Source: Isochrysis galbana (lineage: Eukaryota). From it: a DNA stretch of 32,000 nt. The DNA is taken from contig CM030931.1 of the NCBI GenBank assembly GCA_018136815.1, positions 5,791,515-5,823,514 of the forward strand. The letters run 5' to 3'. Below are positions 1 to 10,159 of this stretch, one piece after another (within the stretch, counting starts at the first letter, position 1; each line of letters starts with the position of its first letter). The position numbers and the translations under genes are program-made. Under the pieces are notes generated by a model. The model made no database searches. It saw only the letters and a list, made by a program, of their open reading frames with translations, and was not told the DNA's origin.

Positions 1-1520
1 TGTGATTTCCATCGCCGGCGTGTGCTTATTTTTCGTATTGGTTGAAGATGTGATTCACAGTGACATCTTACTTGTGCACATACACGGGAACAGGCGCCTC
101 ATGGACAAGGCCTGATGTCGAAAACGAGGCCGGAGGCACGTGCATCACTTTCAGACTCCACAACGCCGTCACTCGGCATAAGAATGGGGCTCTTACGCCA
201 TCTCACACAGTCTCTTTTCTTGCACCACCCTTTCTTCAGATTCCCACAATTTTCACACAACATAAAGCCATCCCATGGACAAGGAACAATCTCACAAGAA
301 CATTTCGTTCGGCATGCCTCGAAGGCTACGCGACGAGACTGCTCACGCTCCTCTTCCTGAACATGGCGCTCGAGGCGCGCGGCCTTCCTCTTCTTCACTT
401 CTTCCTCGTCAGCAGCCGCCTCCTCGCGCCTCTTCTCCTTCTCAGCTAGCATGTCTCTCAAGGTGAAGGATCCCGAGAGCTGCACAAGTCGCTTCTTCGC
501 TCTACCATCGGGACGGCGGAGCACAGGGGCGGGGGCTGCATCCTCCTCATCTGACGCGTCCGATTCACAGTTCTTCCCAAACATCATGCTGCTAGTGCTG
601 CCTGAACTCGCAGATAGCACTCCCCTCAATGGATCGTACGGCGCATCAGCTTTCTCTTGCAGCTTGAGGGCATACGCCTCAAGCTGCTTAGCCTTCGCCT
701 GAGCAGCTGCAAGCGAGCCGTGACGGATGCCCGGTGGAGTACGCTTTGCCTCTGCCAAAGTCGAGGGGCCTGGAGAGGCGAGCTGAGTTGCTTCCTTTTG
801 CGCTGCTACTTCACGAGCCTGATCTATGAATTGTGAGCGATCTATGAGCCCTGGGCACAATCTGTTCCAAGCAATACCCACACGTTTCCACGCCTTGATG
901 ATATCATAGCGGTCACACCAAGAGAACCACATCCCCGGGACCCCAAGTTGTTTGTTCCCACCAAGCACACCTAGAAAGTCGGCGAGGGAGAGATGAGTGA
1001 GCGAGGTGCCGTGCACAACAAGATAGGCATCTTTATACGCGTCCCTAGCTTTATTGTAGGCGCGGTGAAACGACGAATTAAATTGATCGAGCGCTTGTAA
1101 GAAGCCTGATGTGCCTGCCTCTTCCGTAAATATGCGTATGCCAAGTTGTGCAGCATGACCGCAAGTCTTACGCAAGAGCTCATCACTAAATCGTGAAGAA
1201 TGATTATCAAGCATCAGGACAACCGGACGTTCGATGGGCGTGCCACCTGTGGCCGCCTCAACGGCACTCCGTTGCGAAATCCACGCGTCAAGTCGATGGA
1301 TGTACTTCAGGAACGTCTCCTCTGTCTGCATGCCTTCCGCAGCATGTACAGGAAGACAAGACCGAGTCTGTAGCGTCGTCAAGTCGACACGGTCGTCAAA
1401 CGTGCATTCACCTGCCGGGGCCTCAACGACTAAGTCTTCTGTTGCCCACTTGCGCTTGGTGACCAACTGCACTCCATAATTCCAACCCGCCGCATCCCAT
1501 GTCATCATGACGGTGATTGT

Positions 1521-1536
1521 TTCTTTGTTGAGACTC
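1521..1536. repeat. Left copy of 16-bp direct repeat TTCTTTGTTGAGACTC (candidate target-site duplication)
   Basis: Identical to 2471..2486. It encodes part of 'SLNKE' of the interrupted transposase. Confidence 0.92.
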
Positions 1537-2470
1537 AACCTACTTTTATAAGTGGGGGACAATGGGGGCCTCGCGCCCCCCTCACACCATCGCGGACACC
1601 CCCCGGGGTGGGCCCGTACAATCAACCCCAGCCCCTGCCCTTTGGCAGGGGCAGGGCACTCAACAATCTAGCCCAGACCCTTCGGGGACGCGGCCCGCGA
1701 GCCGCACTCCCACGCCCGCGTTGGGCCTGCCCTCGAGCTGACTCCCCCTCTGTCCCTGGTCGCCAGGCATACAGGTGTCACTGGGCGGCTCCCATGGCCA
1801 GCGAGGCGAGCGTGGGAGAGGCAGGGGGGGCCAGGGGCTGAGCCCCAGCCTCCACTGTCCCCTGAGCTGCCATTGCTGGCCCCCTGGGAGCCCCCAAAGG
1901 GCCTCTGAGAGCAGGCCAGGGCGCGCCGCATGGCGACGCGCCGCAGGGACAACGAAGGGAGAGAGTGGAGAGAGGGAGAGGGGGGGTTTTGCACCCCCCC
2001 CGATGGAGTGCGGTTAGAAACAGGCCCCGTTTGCGTTAGCAAACGGGTAGGGGGCGGCCGGCGACAGGCGGGAGAGAGAAGGGAGCGGCTCAAGCTCGAG
2101 GAGAGTATCTTGAAGGTGGCACAGGCTACTCGACTCGCAGTCGTTTATTTCTCGAGAACTGCTCACGGCGCGAGCTGGAAGGGCCGATCCTCTTTGTCGA
2201 CGAGAGGATCCTCCCCCCCCCCCCGGTGCTTTTTCCCGGAGAGTCGGCCGGCGTCGACCGGTCCGTCTCAATGGGTTTTCCCTCATTTTAACTTGTGGGG
2301 AGTTAGAATGGGAGCCGGGGGCTTGCGAGGGGGGAGATGTGGAGGGGTGCATAGGTGTATGTATCTGTGGCAACAACACGCGCCAAGGTGTACGGGCAGG
2401 TGCGCTGAGGGCTGTCGTGTTATTACCGGGCTAGTGAGAGTAGTGGTACTAATGCTCAGTTATATTATTA
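1537..2470. mobile_element. ~934-bp GC-rich non-coding-looking insertion into the transposase ORF
   Basis: Exactly bounded by 16-bp direct repeats. Excision of the insertion plus one repeat restores the ORF in frame. Related sequence occurs at ~31162..31560. No convincing protein and no terminal inverted repeats. Confidence 0.82.
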
Positions 2471-2486
2471 TTCTTTGTTGAGACTC
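2471..2486. repeat. Right copy of 16-bp direct repeat TTCTTTGTTGAGACTC
   Basis: Perfect match to 1521..1536. Confidence 0.92.
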
Positions 2487-2608
2487 GCCGTCTGCCGCAC
2501 CGCCTTACCCTTCCTTTTTGCCACTTTGGCTCGTCTCCCTTTTTGAGGCACGTCTAAGGGTTGTGGGGTCTCGTCCGCGTTGAGAAGACGACGCGCATCT
2601 TTGATTAC

Positions 2609-2707
2609 CTATACGGGAGGGGCGCGGTTGTTTGTCATTCGTCGTTTGTTTGTGGTGTGTGCGAACAGCGAACACGCACAACACGCATCAGCGACCTCCG
2701 ACCTTAC
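2609..2707 (-). other. Predicted 99-bp spliceosomal intron in the transposase gene
   Basis: Minus strand: donor CCAAG|GTAAGG and acceptor CCCGTATAG|GTAATC. The length is divisible by 3 and the only in-frame stop (TAG) is formed by the last three intron bases. Removal gives ...GVMTPDTK-VIKDARRLLNADETPQ... Confidence 0.7.
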
Positions 2708-4531
2708 CTTGGTGTCGGGAGTCATGACCCCCGCGGCGATGAGTTCTTTTTCGAGCCCATACTCGCCAAAAAAATGGTTCTCGACGACTTGCTCTGTGTG
2801 CTTCATTGACCTTCTTTCCTCCTCGGCTCTAGATACGCCCTCCGCGATGTCAACGCCTCTTGCTCGCCACCACGGGAAGATTCTTTGAAAGAATGTATGG
2901 GAGAGGTCGAGCGTGGAATTGACGTGATTCAACTCAGGGGTATTGAGGGGAATTGAGCCCTTGCCGAACTTTTTGATACGATTGAAGCGGTGCCTCTCTG
3001 TGAGCATCTGGCGGACCTTGACAGAAATCTGATGCCGAGACTGGGGATCATGGGCGTCAGCGCGCGTGAGGATCCACGATGCCAACTTCAAGCGCTCAGC
3101 ATTTGTGAGCAGCTGTTGGTTGGCGTCCCGAGTGGAGTCATCATTGGCGGCAGGCCGCCTCAGGCCCCACTCGACCTTTCCGCGCGTGGCATGAGGGAAA
3201 AGCCCAGAAGCCAGAGCCGCCTTCGCGCCAACGCTATGCGTGCGACAATGAGCAACCGCCTTCCGGACATCTGCGACTACGCGCGCGCGCTCCTCGGCCC
3301 GGGTGTCGCGGGCATGTACTGTGTAGTGCCCCCGTGCCGGCTTGGGCTTGTTGGCAGGCTTGCTAGGGGCCATGGGAGGCTGGGGAAGGGCACGGGCACG
3401 CCCACGAAGCGGGCACGCGCACGAAGCTCAAGCCTCTAGTGAGTGTGTGTTTGGTGGTGAGTGTGTGGCGGGCGGCCGCATGCGCGCGGCGTCGGCCCTA
3501 AGGCTAGGCCCCGTGTGTGTGTCGTGTTGTGGCGCAGAGGACAATTGACAATTGCCTCCTTTGCGCCCTCGCATTTGTGCACCTTGCTGGAGCTCTGGCA
3601 CTGCAAAGCTTTGCAGCTTATTTAGCAGTATTTTCCCCTACTCCGCAGATTTCCTCTTCCCCCCTCCGCGCGGATAGTCTCTCCCCCTCCGCAAGATTTC
3701 CCCCCCTCCGAGCAGCGGACAGTCTCTTGCCCTGTGCGCGCCGAGACGCCGTGTTCCCAGGCGGCGGCGGTGGAGGGACCGGGGGGGGCGCGGGCCACCG
3801 GACCATATCTAACTAAGCCCATCCCCCTAGTAGTGCATGCACGGGGGGAGTCGCCTGATGGCGGGGGGGAAAGGGCCGGGGGAGTGGGGGTGTAGAAAGT
3901 TTTGCTGCGTGAGTAGAAAGTAGAGGGTCCACGGCCGCGTGTGCGGTGAGACTATTAAGAAATCAATTAATGTTGTTGTTGTCCGGTTTTCCTCCCTGGT
4001 TCTCGAGGTGGAGGTGGATTGTGGAATGCTACGACGGCTCAGGCGAGAGGACCGCAGGTTGGGCGGCATCTATTGCTGCCTCCACCGGCCACTCCATTCC
4101 CGCAGCCTCATCTTCCTCCATTCAGCTCTGGCTCCTGTCACGGCCTCAGAGGCCCTCGTCGCCCTCCTCCCGGGAGCGAACAAGCGCTCTTCATTCGCGT
4201 CATACGTATACGCAATACGTAATACCGGAGGATGGGCTCTCTCATGCACTCATGCACGGACCACCTTACGATTTTAAAAATTTGTCATTGCGCTAGATTC
4301 GCTCAATTTCTAGACTCCTTCCCATTAACATGGACGGCACGCTGCCGCGATCGCAGTGCATACCGAGAGGCAAGCAAGCAAGCGGCAGGCATAGAGGCTT
4401 GAGGGGCAGGCCGGCTTGCACGCCAAGTAAGTCAGCCAATGCCAACTAAGTCAGCCAATGCCAGCCACCTGCATCTGATGGAGCAAAACTATGGCAAGAT
4501 AGGACGAATCAGGCGGGAAAGTCTCCTGGTA

Positions 4532-4990
4532 TCACCATGTTGGGGGTAGCTTGTGTAGCTCCGATCCTGTCGCCTGAGATGATGGCCAAAGCGAGTGCTG
4601 TTGTGCAGAGCCACCAAAATCAAAGACGTCTGTAGATCGAGAAGGACGGCTAGCTATGTCATAGTAGAAGCACTGATCGAAGGAGATGCGACTGCGCCGA
4701 TCGCGACAGCGTTCCAGCTGCTCGTCTTCCAGCTCCTGCAGCTTGGTTTGCCGGGCGCTCTCGCGATCGCCTAGACTCATTGCCGCCCCCTGCTCCAGAA
4801 GATCCTCCAAGACCAAGTCACGCTGTGGTGCTGTCGATGTCACACTAGCTGATATAAGAGTAGCAGCAAGTGCGGATGTCGGGTGCAGAGCCAATGTCGC
4901 TGCGAGGCAGCAGCAGCACAAAGTATTCTCGAGGACACAACCAAGAGGGCGCATGCGCCATGCGGGCAGGCCCGACGCCCTCGAACGTAC
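4532..4990 (-). CDS. Possible C-terminal exon of an unidentified, possibly plastid-targeted or secreted protein
   Basis: The C-terminal portion of ORF 5467..4532 (-) reads 'CCCCLAATLALHPTSALAATLISASVTSTAPQRDLVLEDLLEQGAAMSLGDRESARQTKLQELEDEQLERCRDRRSRISFDQCFYYDIASRP'. It has an Ala-rich hydrophobic stretch with an ALA-like cleavage site, then a hydrophilic helical segment. The upstream part of the ORF is low complexity and antisense to another ORF, so boundaries are approximate. Confidence 0.35.
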   Translation of the reverse strand, partial: VRSRASGLPAWRMRPLGCVLENTLCCCCLAATLALHPTSALAATLISASVTSTAPQRDLVLEDLLEQGAAMSLGDRESARQTKLQELEDEQLERCRDRRSRISFDQCFYYDIASRPSRSTDVFDFGGSAQQHSLWPSSQATGSELHKLPPTW

Positions 4991-5190
4991 CAATCTACTA
5001 CTATCTGAAATAGAAGAATAGTAGTTCGGGCTCTCTCTTGTGCTCCTCTCCGCTTTAGAAGAATAGTAGTCCGGGCTCTCTCTACTTCTCTCCGCTTTAC
5101 TGCGGGGGCGCGGTCCCCTTCCCTCGTCGAGGGGGGGAATTCCATAGAGTAGAGCGTTTAAAAGAAGAGAGAGGGCGGGAGCGGGGAGCG

Positions 5191-5234
5191 GGGGGGCGGG
5201 GGGGGGGGGGGGGGGGACCGGGGGGGGGGGGGGG
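5191..5234 (+). repeat. Poly-G tract (G-quadruplex potential)
   Basis: Nearly uninterrupted G run 'ggggggcggggggggggggggggggaccgggggggggggggg' ~35 bp upstream of ATG 5270. Confidence 0.85.
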
Positions 5235-5269
5235 AACGGAGAGGGAGGGAAGGGGCAGCGCTCGCGCCG

Positions 5270-6172
5270 ATGGAGCCGTCCGTGCTGCGCCACGCTCTGC
5301 CCACCGCCAGCGTCGAGCTGTGCTCTCAGCTGAGCCGGCTGGCGGAGCTTGGAGCAGTGGGCCGTATGCTTGGGCTGCCCTCGCTCGCTGCTCTCTCCGC
5401 GGCTCTCGTCGCCTCGCAGCTCTCGATGGGGCCACTCTGCCACGTCACTTCGTCCGTCGTCGCTCACCTCGCTGTCCAGCCCGTCGAGGATGGGACTGTG
5501 CGGCGGCGGAGGGACGGGAGGGCGCAGGCGGCCGCCGCGATCGCGCTAAGCGCACTTCTCACACTGCCCGTCGCGCTGTTCTACTCGCTTGCACCCAGTG
5601 GGCTGAGCGGAAGCCTGAGGGAGAGGGAGAGGATTGGCACGTACCTGCACATGCTCATATGGGCGGTGCTGCCCGCGCTGCTGCAGGCGGCGGCGGTGGG
5701 CTATCTGCGCGCATGGCAGCGGCTTCCCACCGCAGCGCTCGTCATACTCGCCACCGCTGTCGCGTATGTGCTCGCACTCCCCGCGGCGGTCGCTGCCGAC
5801 GGTCTGGCGGGTGCTGCCGCCGCAGTCGCGGCTACCCATGCAGTAAGCCTGCTGCTCCTCGTCGGCTTCCACCACAACGCATTCCACGCGCGCGAGCCGC
5901 CGCTGGCGCCGCCGCCGGCTCACTCGCCGCCCGAGCAGGCGGGCCTCGCGACCGCCGCCGCCGAGCGGCTGCGCGACCTCCTCTCAGGCTTCCCGTTTGC
6001 GGCGCTCCTTGCTACGCTCCGCGCGGGGCCAGCGCCGATGCTCGTCTTCTTCTCGCTTTGGCTTGGCTGTGATGCGGCCGCCGTCGCCGCCATCTCAATC
6101 GTCTTTGCGCTACTGCAGGTGCCGACAGTAGGGGCGGATTGCGGCGACAGCACGAGCCGCGTCGTCAACTGA
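5270..6172 (+). CDS. Polytopic membrane protein, possibly the N-terminal part of a MATE/transporter-like protein
   Basis: 300-aa ORF with repeated hydrophobic helices (AAAAIALSALLTLPVALFYSL; TYLHMLIWAVLPALLQAAAVGYLRAWQRLPTAALVILATAVAYVLALPAAV; AAVAATHAVSLLLLVGF; VFFSLWLGCDAAAVAAISIVFALLQV). The pattern weakly recalls MATE transporters. Hydrophobic segments continue in other frames to ~7 kb, suggesting introns or degradation. Confidence 0.45.
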   Translation: MEPSVLRHALPTASVELCSQLSRLAELGAVGRMLGLPSLAALSAALVASQLSMGPLCHVTSSVVAHLAVQPVEDGTVRRRRDGRAQAAAAIALSALLTLPVALFYSLAPSGLSGSLRERERIGTYLHMLIWAVLPALLQAAAVGYLRAWQRLPTAALVILATAVAYVLALPAAVAADGLAGAAAAVAATHAVSLLLLVGFHHNAFHAREPPLAPPPAHSPPEQAGLATAAAERLRDLLSGFPFAALLATLRAGPAPMLVFFSLWLGCDAAAVAAISIVFALLQVPTVGADCGDSTSRVVN

Positions 6173-7324
6173 GCACCGCTTTGCCCGCACGAGTTACCAG
6201 CCGCTTTGCACTCCACCGAGAAAGCCGCTTGCCAGCTGCGCTCTCGCGCATGCTGCCCACGGCCACCCGAGGACATCCGAATTGCCTGGCGCTACAGGTG
6301 TGCCTCGCCCCTTGGGTGGCGCTTCAACTCTCCGTGCTCACCTTCGCCGCAAAGTATCTCGCACAGCACCGAGCTCGCGCTGCATACGACTTGATATGGT
6401 GTGCTGCCCCCTACGACGCACAGCTGTGTGCACCCACGATGCTATCTAGCCTGGAAAATCCATCCCCTTCTGCTGCAGGTCTTCGCTCCTCGTCATCGCC
6501 CTCCTTGCTGCGGCCGGAAGCACTGCTCTCTGGCCCCTCACCGCAGGCGACGAGTCCTCGCCGCTGATTGCCTTCTTCGGTGGTGATGCGAGGCTCTACC
6601 CCGCGCTCGTGCAGCTCCTACCATTGCTTCCCACGCTGGTTTTTCTAAAGGTGGGTGGCAGACGGCCACCCGGACGCGCGGCTGGCGGCGGTAGTCTACC
6701 TACCACTCGCGCCATTCACTCTTCACGCTCTTACTCTCCCCTCGTCATAGGCGGCCACCGGACTCTTTGGCTCATACCTGGCGGCGACCGGCTACAGCAA
6801 AGAGGTGGGCGCAGCGTACTGCGCAGTCCATTGGTGTGCATCGCTTCCTCTGGCCTTCCATCTTGGCCGCTTGACCATTGAGAGCGGGGGGGCCAACACC
6901 ACTATCCGCACGATAATCAGAGTTCATGCGGCGGCGTGGGGCGCGACGGCGGCGATGTTTGGCGTCGGATACAGCTGCACCGTTGCTCGAGCGATTCCAC
7001 GCCCCGACATTTTTGCTGCGAGCGGCAACCCGTCGGCGGATCGCGCGTTGCCTCACAGCGCGATTCCTCTTGGTGGGAGCCCGCAATGCGTCGACAACTC
7101 GCGCGTCGAGAGCGGGTCAAAGTCACGCGCCGTCTCCTCGTCCGGGTCGGCAAAGCGTCCGCCGAGCGGGGCGGCCTCGGGGGTATCGTCGTCGCAGTGG
7201 TATGCACCTCGCGGGGGATCCGACTTGTGGGCGAGACGTAACTCACCCGATGGCAAGCGGGCCGGCCGGATGACGGGGATGCGGATGTCGCCGCTCAGGC
7301 AGCCGCTGCTAGATGCAGAAGCTT

Positions 7325-7387
7325 GAGGTGGCACCCGTGAAACTTGACGTGGCATCGGTAAAACCTGAAATAGCGCCGGCGAAACTT
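7325..7387 (+). repeat. Three tandem 21-bp units encoding EVAPVKL / DVASVKP / EIAPAKL
   Basis: GAGGTGGCACCCGTGAAACTT, GACGTGGCATCGGTAAAACCT, GAAATAGCGCCGGCGAAACTT. Confidence 0.75.
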
Positions 7388-8084
7388 GAAGGGCGCTTGG
7401 GCCCACACCGATGGGGCCCCGCCTCGTGGAGTGTACTTTTACATCCGAGACCGTGCCGCGCATCGATGCTGATGGCTGCTAGTAGAGGACCACGAGGCGC
7501 CGCGACGATGGGCGACTGGGGCCAGACTTCAGAGGTCTTCATTTTTGCGCCGGCATTCGTTTTCCCCCGGTGGATGGTCCGTGGTCCCGCTGCAGCTTCT
7601 CGTCGTATGGTCATGTGGCATCCCGGGCCAAGTATGTCAAGAGACACATGAATGATAGCCGCCTCTTGATGGTGGTCCAAGAATCTAATTTTGCCTGCTC
7701 CGTAGGGTTGCTCTGTAGCTAGGCATGGCAATGGGCCCTACATGGGCGAGGAGAAATGTTGCTTGCTACCTGTGCGGGCAAGCAATTGCAGTATTCGATG
7801 TTCCATCATATGTCGCTATGCATACGCACCGATGTCTCGGTGGTGTACCGTAGGCAAATACCTAAGGGGAGGGAAGGAATACGCTGCTCCGGCAACGATT
7901 CAACAGGACGAATGGCTTTGTGTGCTCCTCTGCTGCTACTACGCAACCTCAGCATGTGCAATCCACCCTACAGTCTACATTGTTTGTTGCCGGCACAACG
8001 CACAACCTCTCGCCCCCTACCCGCAACACGAACAACCGGCTCACCCAGGCCTGGCGGGGAATCTAGGGCTGAAAAGTTGTGTTC

Positions 8085-8194
8085 GATTAGATAGTGGGGT
8101 TGAACATTCTTTGATTTATTAGCATACTGCACCATATCGGATTAGATCGTGGGGTTGAACATTCTTTGATTTATGAACATACTGCACCATATCG
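8085..8194. repeat. 55-bp tandem duplication
   Basis: 8085..8139 'gattagatagtggggttgaacattctttgatttattagcatactgcaccatatcg' and 8140..8194 'gattagatcgtggggttgaacattctttgatttatgaacatactgcaccatatcg' differ at only a few positions. Confidence 0.93.
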
Positions 8195-8457
8195 ACTTCA
8201 ATACTTCAATCATTCATGGTGAAGGCAAGGGCACAACTCCGGCACCACGAGCAATGTAGTTAATCATGAAAGCACTGGCGCGTCTCCGATACTGCGGGAC
8301 AGCTGGGTGGGCATCTCATACGCTGTTCTGAAGGCACCGCACATCATGCTTGCCACACCAATACCGCACCCGGGGTGAGAGTCGCAGCATTCATTATGCA
8401 GCACTATTGCATGTACACTTGATGCTGTGTGCCAAACGAGAGTTGGCGAGGTCGTGC

Positions 8458-8946
8458 TCACAGGTCTTCATGAGCGCTCGCTCCACCGATCGCCAGAGTG
8501 TGCTTCTTCCATCGCTGCCCATCAGGCGTGTCTTCCACAATGGAGCCGAGCGCCTCTCGCACAACCGCCTCAAGGGCATCTTCGCTTGGATCATCGAGCC
8601 GCAGCACGTCCGCCATCCGTGCACGCGACGAGAAGAGAAGTGCCCTCGGGAGCATTCTCTTGCGAATGTTGAACTCAGACGCTACAGCCTTTACCTCGTC
8701 CACGTCCGCACGTCCCCAGTTCATCTGGTGGCCCAGACCAGCCGCAAGCCCTTCAAAAGCGTGCAACATCGCGCGCGAGCGCTCGTCCTCCTCTCGCGTG
8801 CGCGAGGTGAAGAGGACGGCCCAGACGTCGGGGTCCTGCATAACCTCGGTCTCGAAGGCTTCCTCCGACTCCAGCCGCACCAGCTCACCGCGCGCTCCCG
8901 CCAGAAGACAGGAGAGCAGCAGCGAGACGCCGAGCCGTCGCGCCAT
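8458..8946 (-). CDS. Small secreted or ER-lumenal thioredoxin-fold-like protein
   Basis: 162-aa intact ORF 'MARRLGVSLLLSCLLAGARG' (signal peptide) followed by 'DPDVWAVLFTSRTREEDERSRAMLHAFEGLAAGLGHQMNWGRADVDEVKAVASEFNIRKRMLPRALLFSSRARMADVL', with thioredoxin/PDI-like spacing but no CXXC. Confidence 0.6.
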   Translation of the reverse strand: MARRLGVSLLLSCLLAGARGELVRLESEEAFETEVMQDPDVWAVLFTSRTREEDERSRAMLHAFEGLAAGLGHQMNWGRADVDEVKAVASEFNIRKRMLPRALLFSSRARMADVLRLDDPSEDALEAVVREALGSIVEDTPDGQRWKKHTLAIGGASAHEDL

Positions 8947-10159
8947 CGTGATCGTAGCCAGCGAGCGCTGAGAGAAGCAGAGAAGAGATAGAGCCTTTAC
9001 TCTTTTGTAAATAGATTTCGGAAAGGTAAAGGGTAAAAAAAGTAAAGGGTGAGAGTTTCTTCTTGATTTTTCTTTTACTAGTAGATCGTTCTTTCCTTAG
9101 GGATCATAGGGGTCATCCTAATTCTTTCTAGAAGCAGTGCTCCCGCTCACATCATTTGTGTGTGAAAGATTCGAGCATGAGGGACACCTTCCCTTATCCT
9201 GCTCCGATGATTCTCGGCGGAGAGTGATTACAGCATTACAGCTTTACAGCGACGTGATAGCGACGTTGCACGTTGAACGTTGCACGTCGTTGCACTGTGC
9301 GCTGCGCCGCCGTTCGCCGTCCATGAGACGTTCTGCGCTCATCTCTCTCACGGTCGTTTCCTCTTCACAGTCTAGCGGATTCCGGTACACTCCGCGCTCC
9401 GCACTCCGAACTCCGCACACCTGCGTCCTGCGTCAGTAGCATGCAGAGAGCAGAGATCGAGAGATCGAGAGATCGAGAGCTTTAGCTTCTAGCTTAGGCC
9501 ATGTTCCGTTGAATATGGGCCATAGTCCGTTCACAACAATAATGATCGAAGCATGGAAAAACAATGAAACCTGCCACTTACTTGCCCGTGTGCTCTATTT
9601 AAGTTAAGATACAAAGTATATCTACCAGAACCAGAGAGAATATTATATAATGTTATATCCTAGCCAATCCCACTAGCTAATATCTAATATAAAGTGCGGG
9701 CCATCCAAAGTCCCGGTGCACCACCCGAATACGGGAGAAATTATACCCCCGCATACATGCATATTATAATTACTAGGATGTTCGACGTTCGACCCCCCTC
9801 CCCCCACTCGTTGCGCGCCCCGCATATATCATATATCATATATGCACGTTATAATTACTATTGACATTTGACGACTCTTCCCGCGCATCGTGATCTCACA
9901 GCAGGGTGACCTGCACCTTGAGCTTTCTCAGCGGTGATAGCATTGGCCGGTATCGCGCTGGTGCCCATGCGGCAACCATCGCGGCTTTTGCGAGGCAGAG
10001 CGCCATCGCCGAACGCATTGCCAGTGTAATCTCAAACGGATAAGATTTCCTGCATTTGCACGCACGCACATTCACTGTAATGCGCGCGACACTTATAGTA
10101 ACACAGTATAACGCGCGCGACAACCACGTGCAGAGAAATGAGAGAACGACGGGAGAAGA

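Larger units (their letters stand above)
99..3373 (-). pseudogene. DDE superfamily (pogo/Tigger-like) transposase gene, disrupted. Exon 1 is 3373..2708 and exon 2 is 2608..99, the latter interrupted by an insertion at 1537..2470.
   Basis: ORF 2609..3373 (-) supplies an HTH-like N-terminus. ORF 99..1625 (-) supplies 'PVVLMLDNHSSRF...GIRIFTEEAGTSGFLQALDQFNSSFHRAY', the second catalytic D region of DDE_1-type endonucleases, plus a Cys-rich tail 'CEIVPCPWDGFMLCENCGNLKKGWCKKRDC'. My translation of the bridging DNA gives 'VIKDARRLLNADETPQPLDVPQKGRRAKVAKRKGKAVRQTASLNKE', which contains the first catalytic D (NADETP). It joins in frame to 'TITVMMTWDAAGWNYG' once the insertion and one repeat copy are removed. 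Confidence 0.82.

Noticed and set aside
1537-2470. Interpretation of the insertion as a classical TIR DNA transposon or MITE
   Set aside because: The ends (AACCTACTTTT... and ...CAGTTATATTATTA) are not inverted repeats, and a 16-bp duplication is too long for most TIR superfamilies.
1608-2481. ORFs inside the GC-rich insertion (1668..2093 -, 1930..2481 +, 2014..2379 -)
   Set aside because: No domain similarity was recognised, and the shared features with the 31.2-kb copy are nucleotide-level hairpins rather than a conserved reading frame.
5097-5467. Pro-rich extensions of ORF 4532..5467 (-) and ORF 5097..5435 (-)
   Set aside because: They translate the poly-G/C tract (PPPPPPPPP) and the antisense of the membrane protein ORF, so they are unlikely to be coding.
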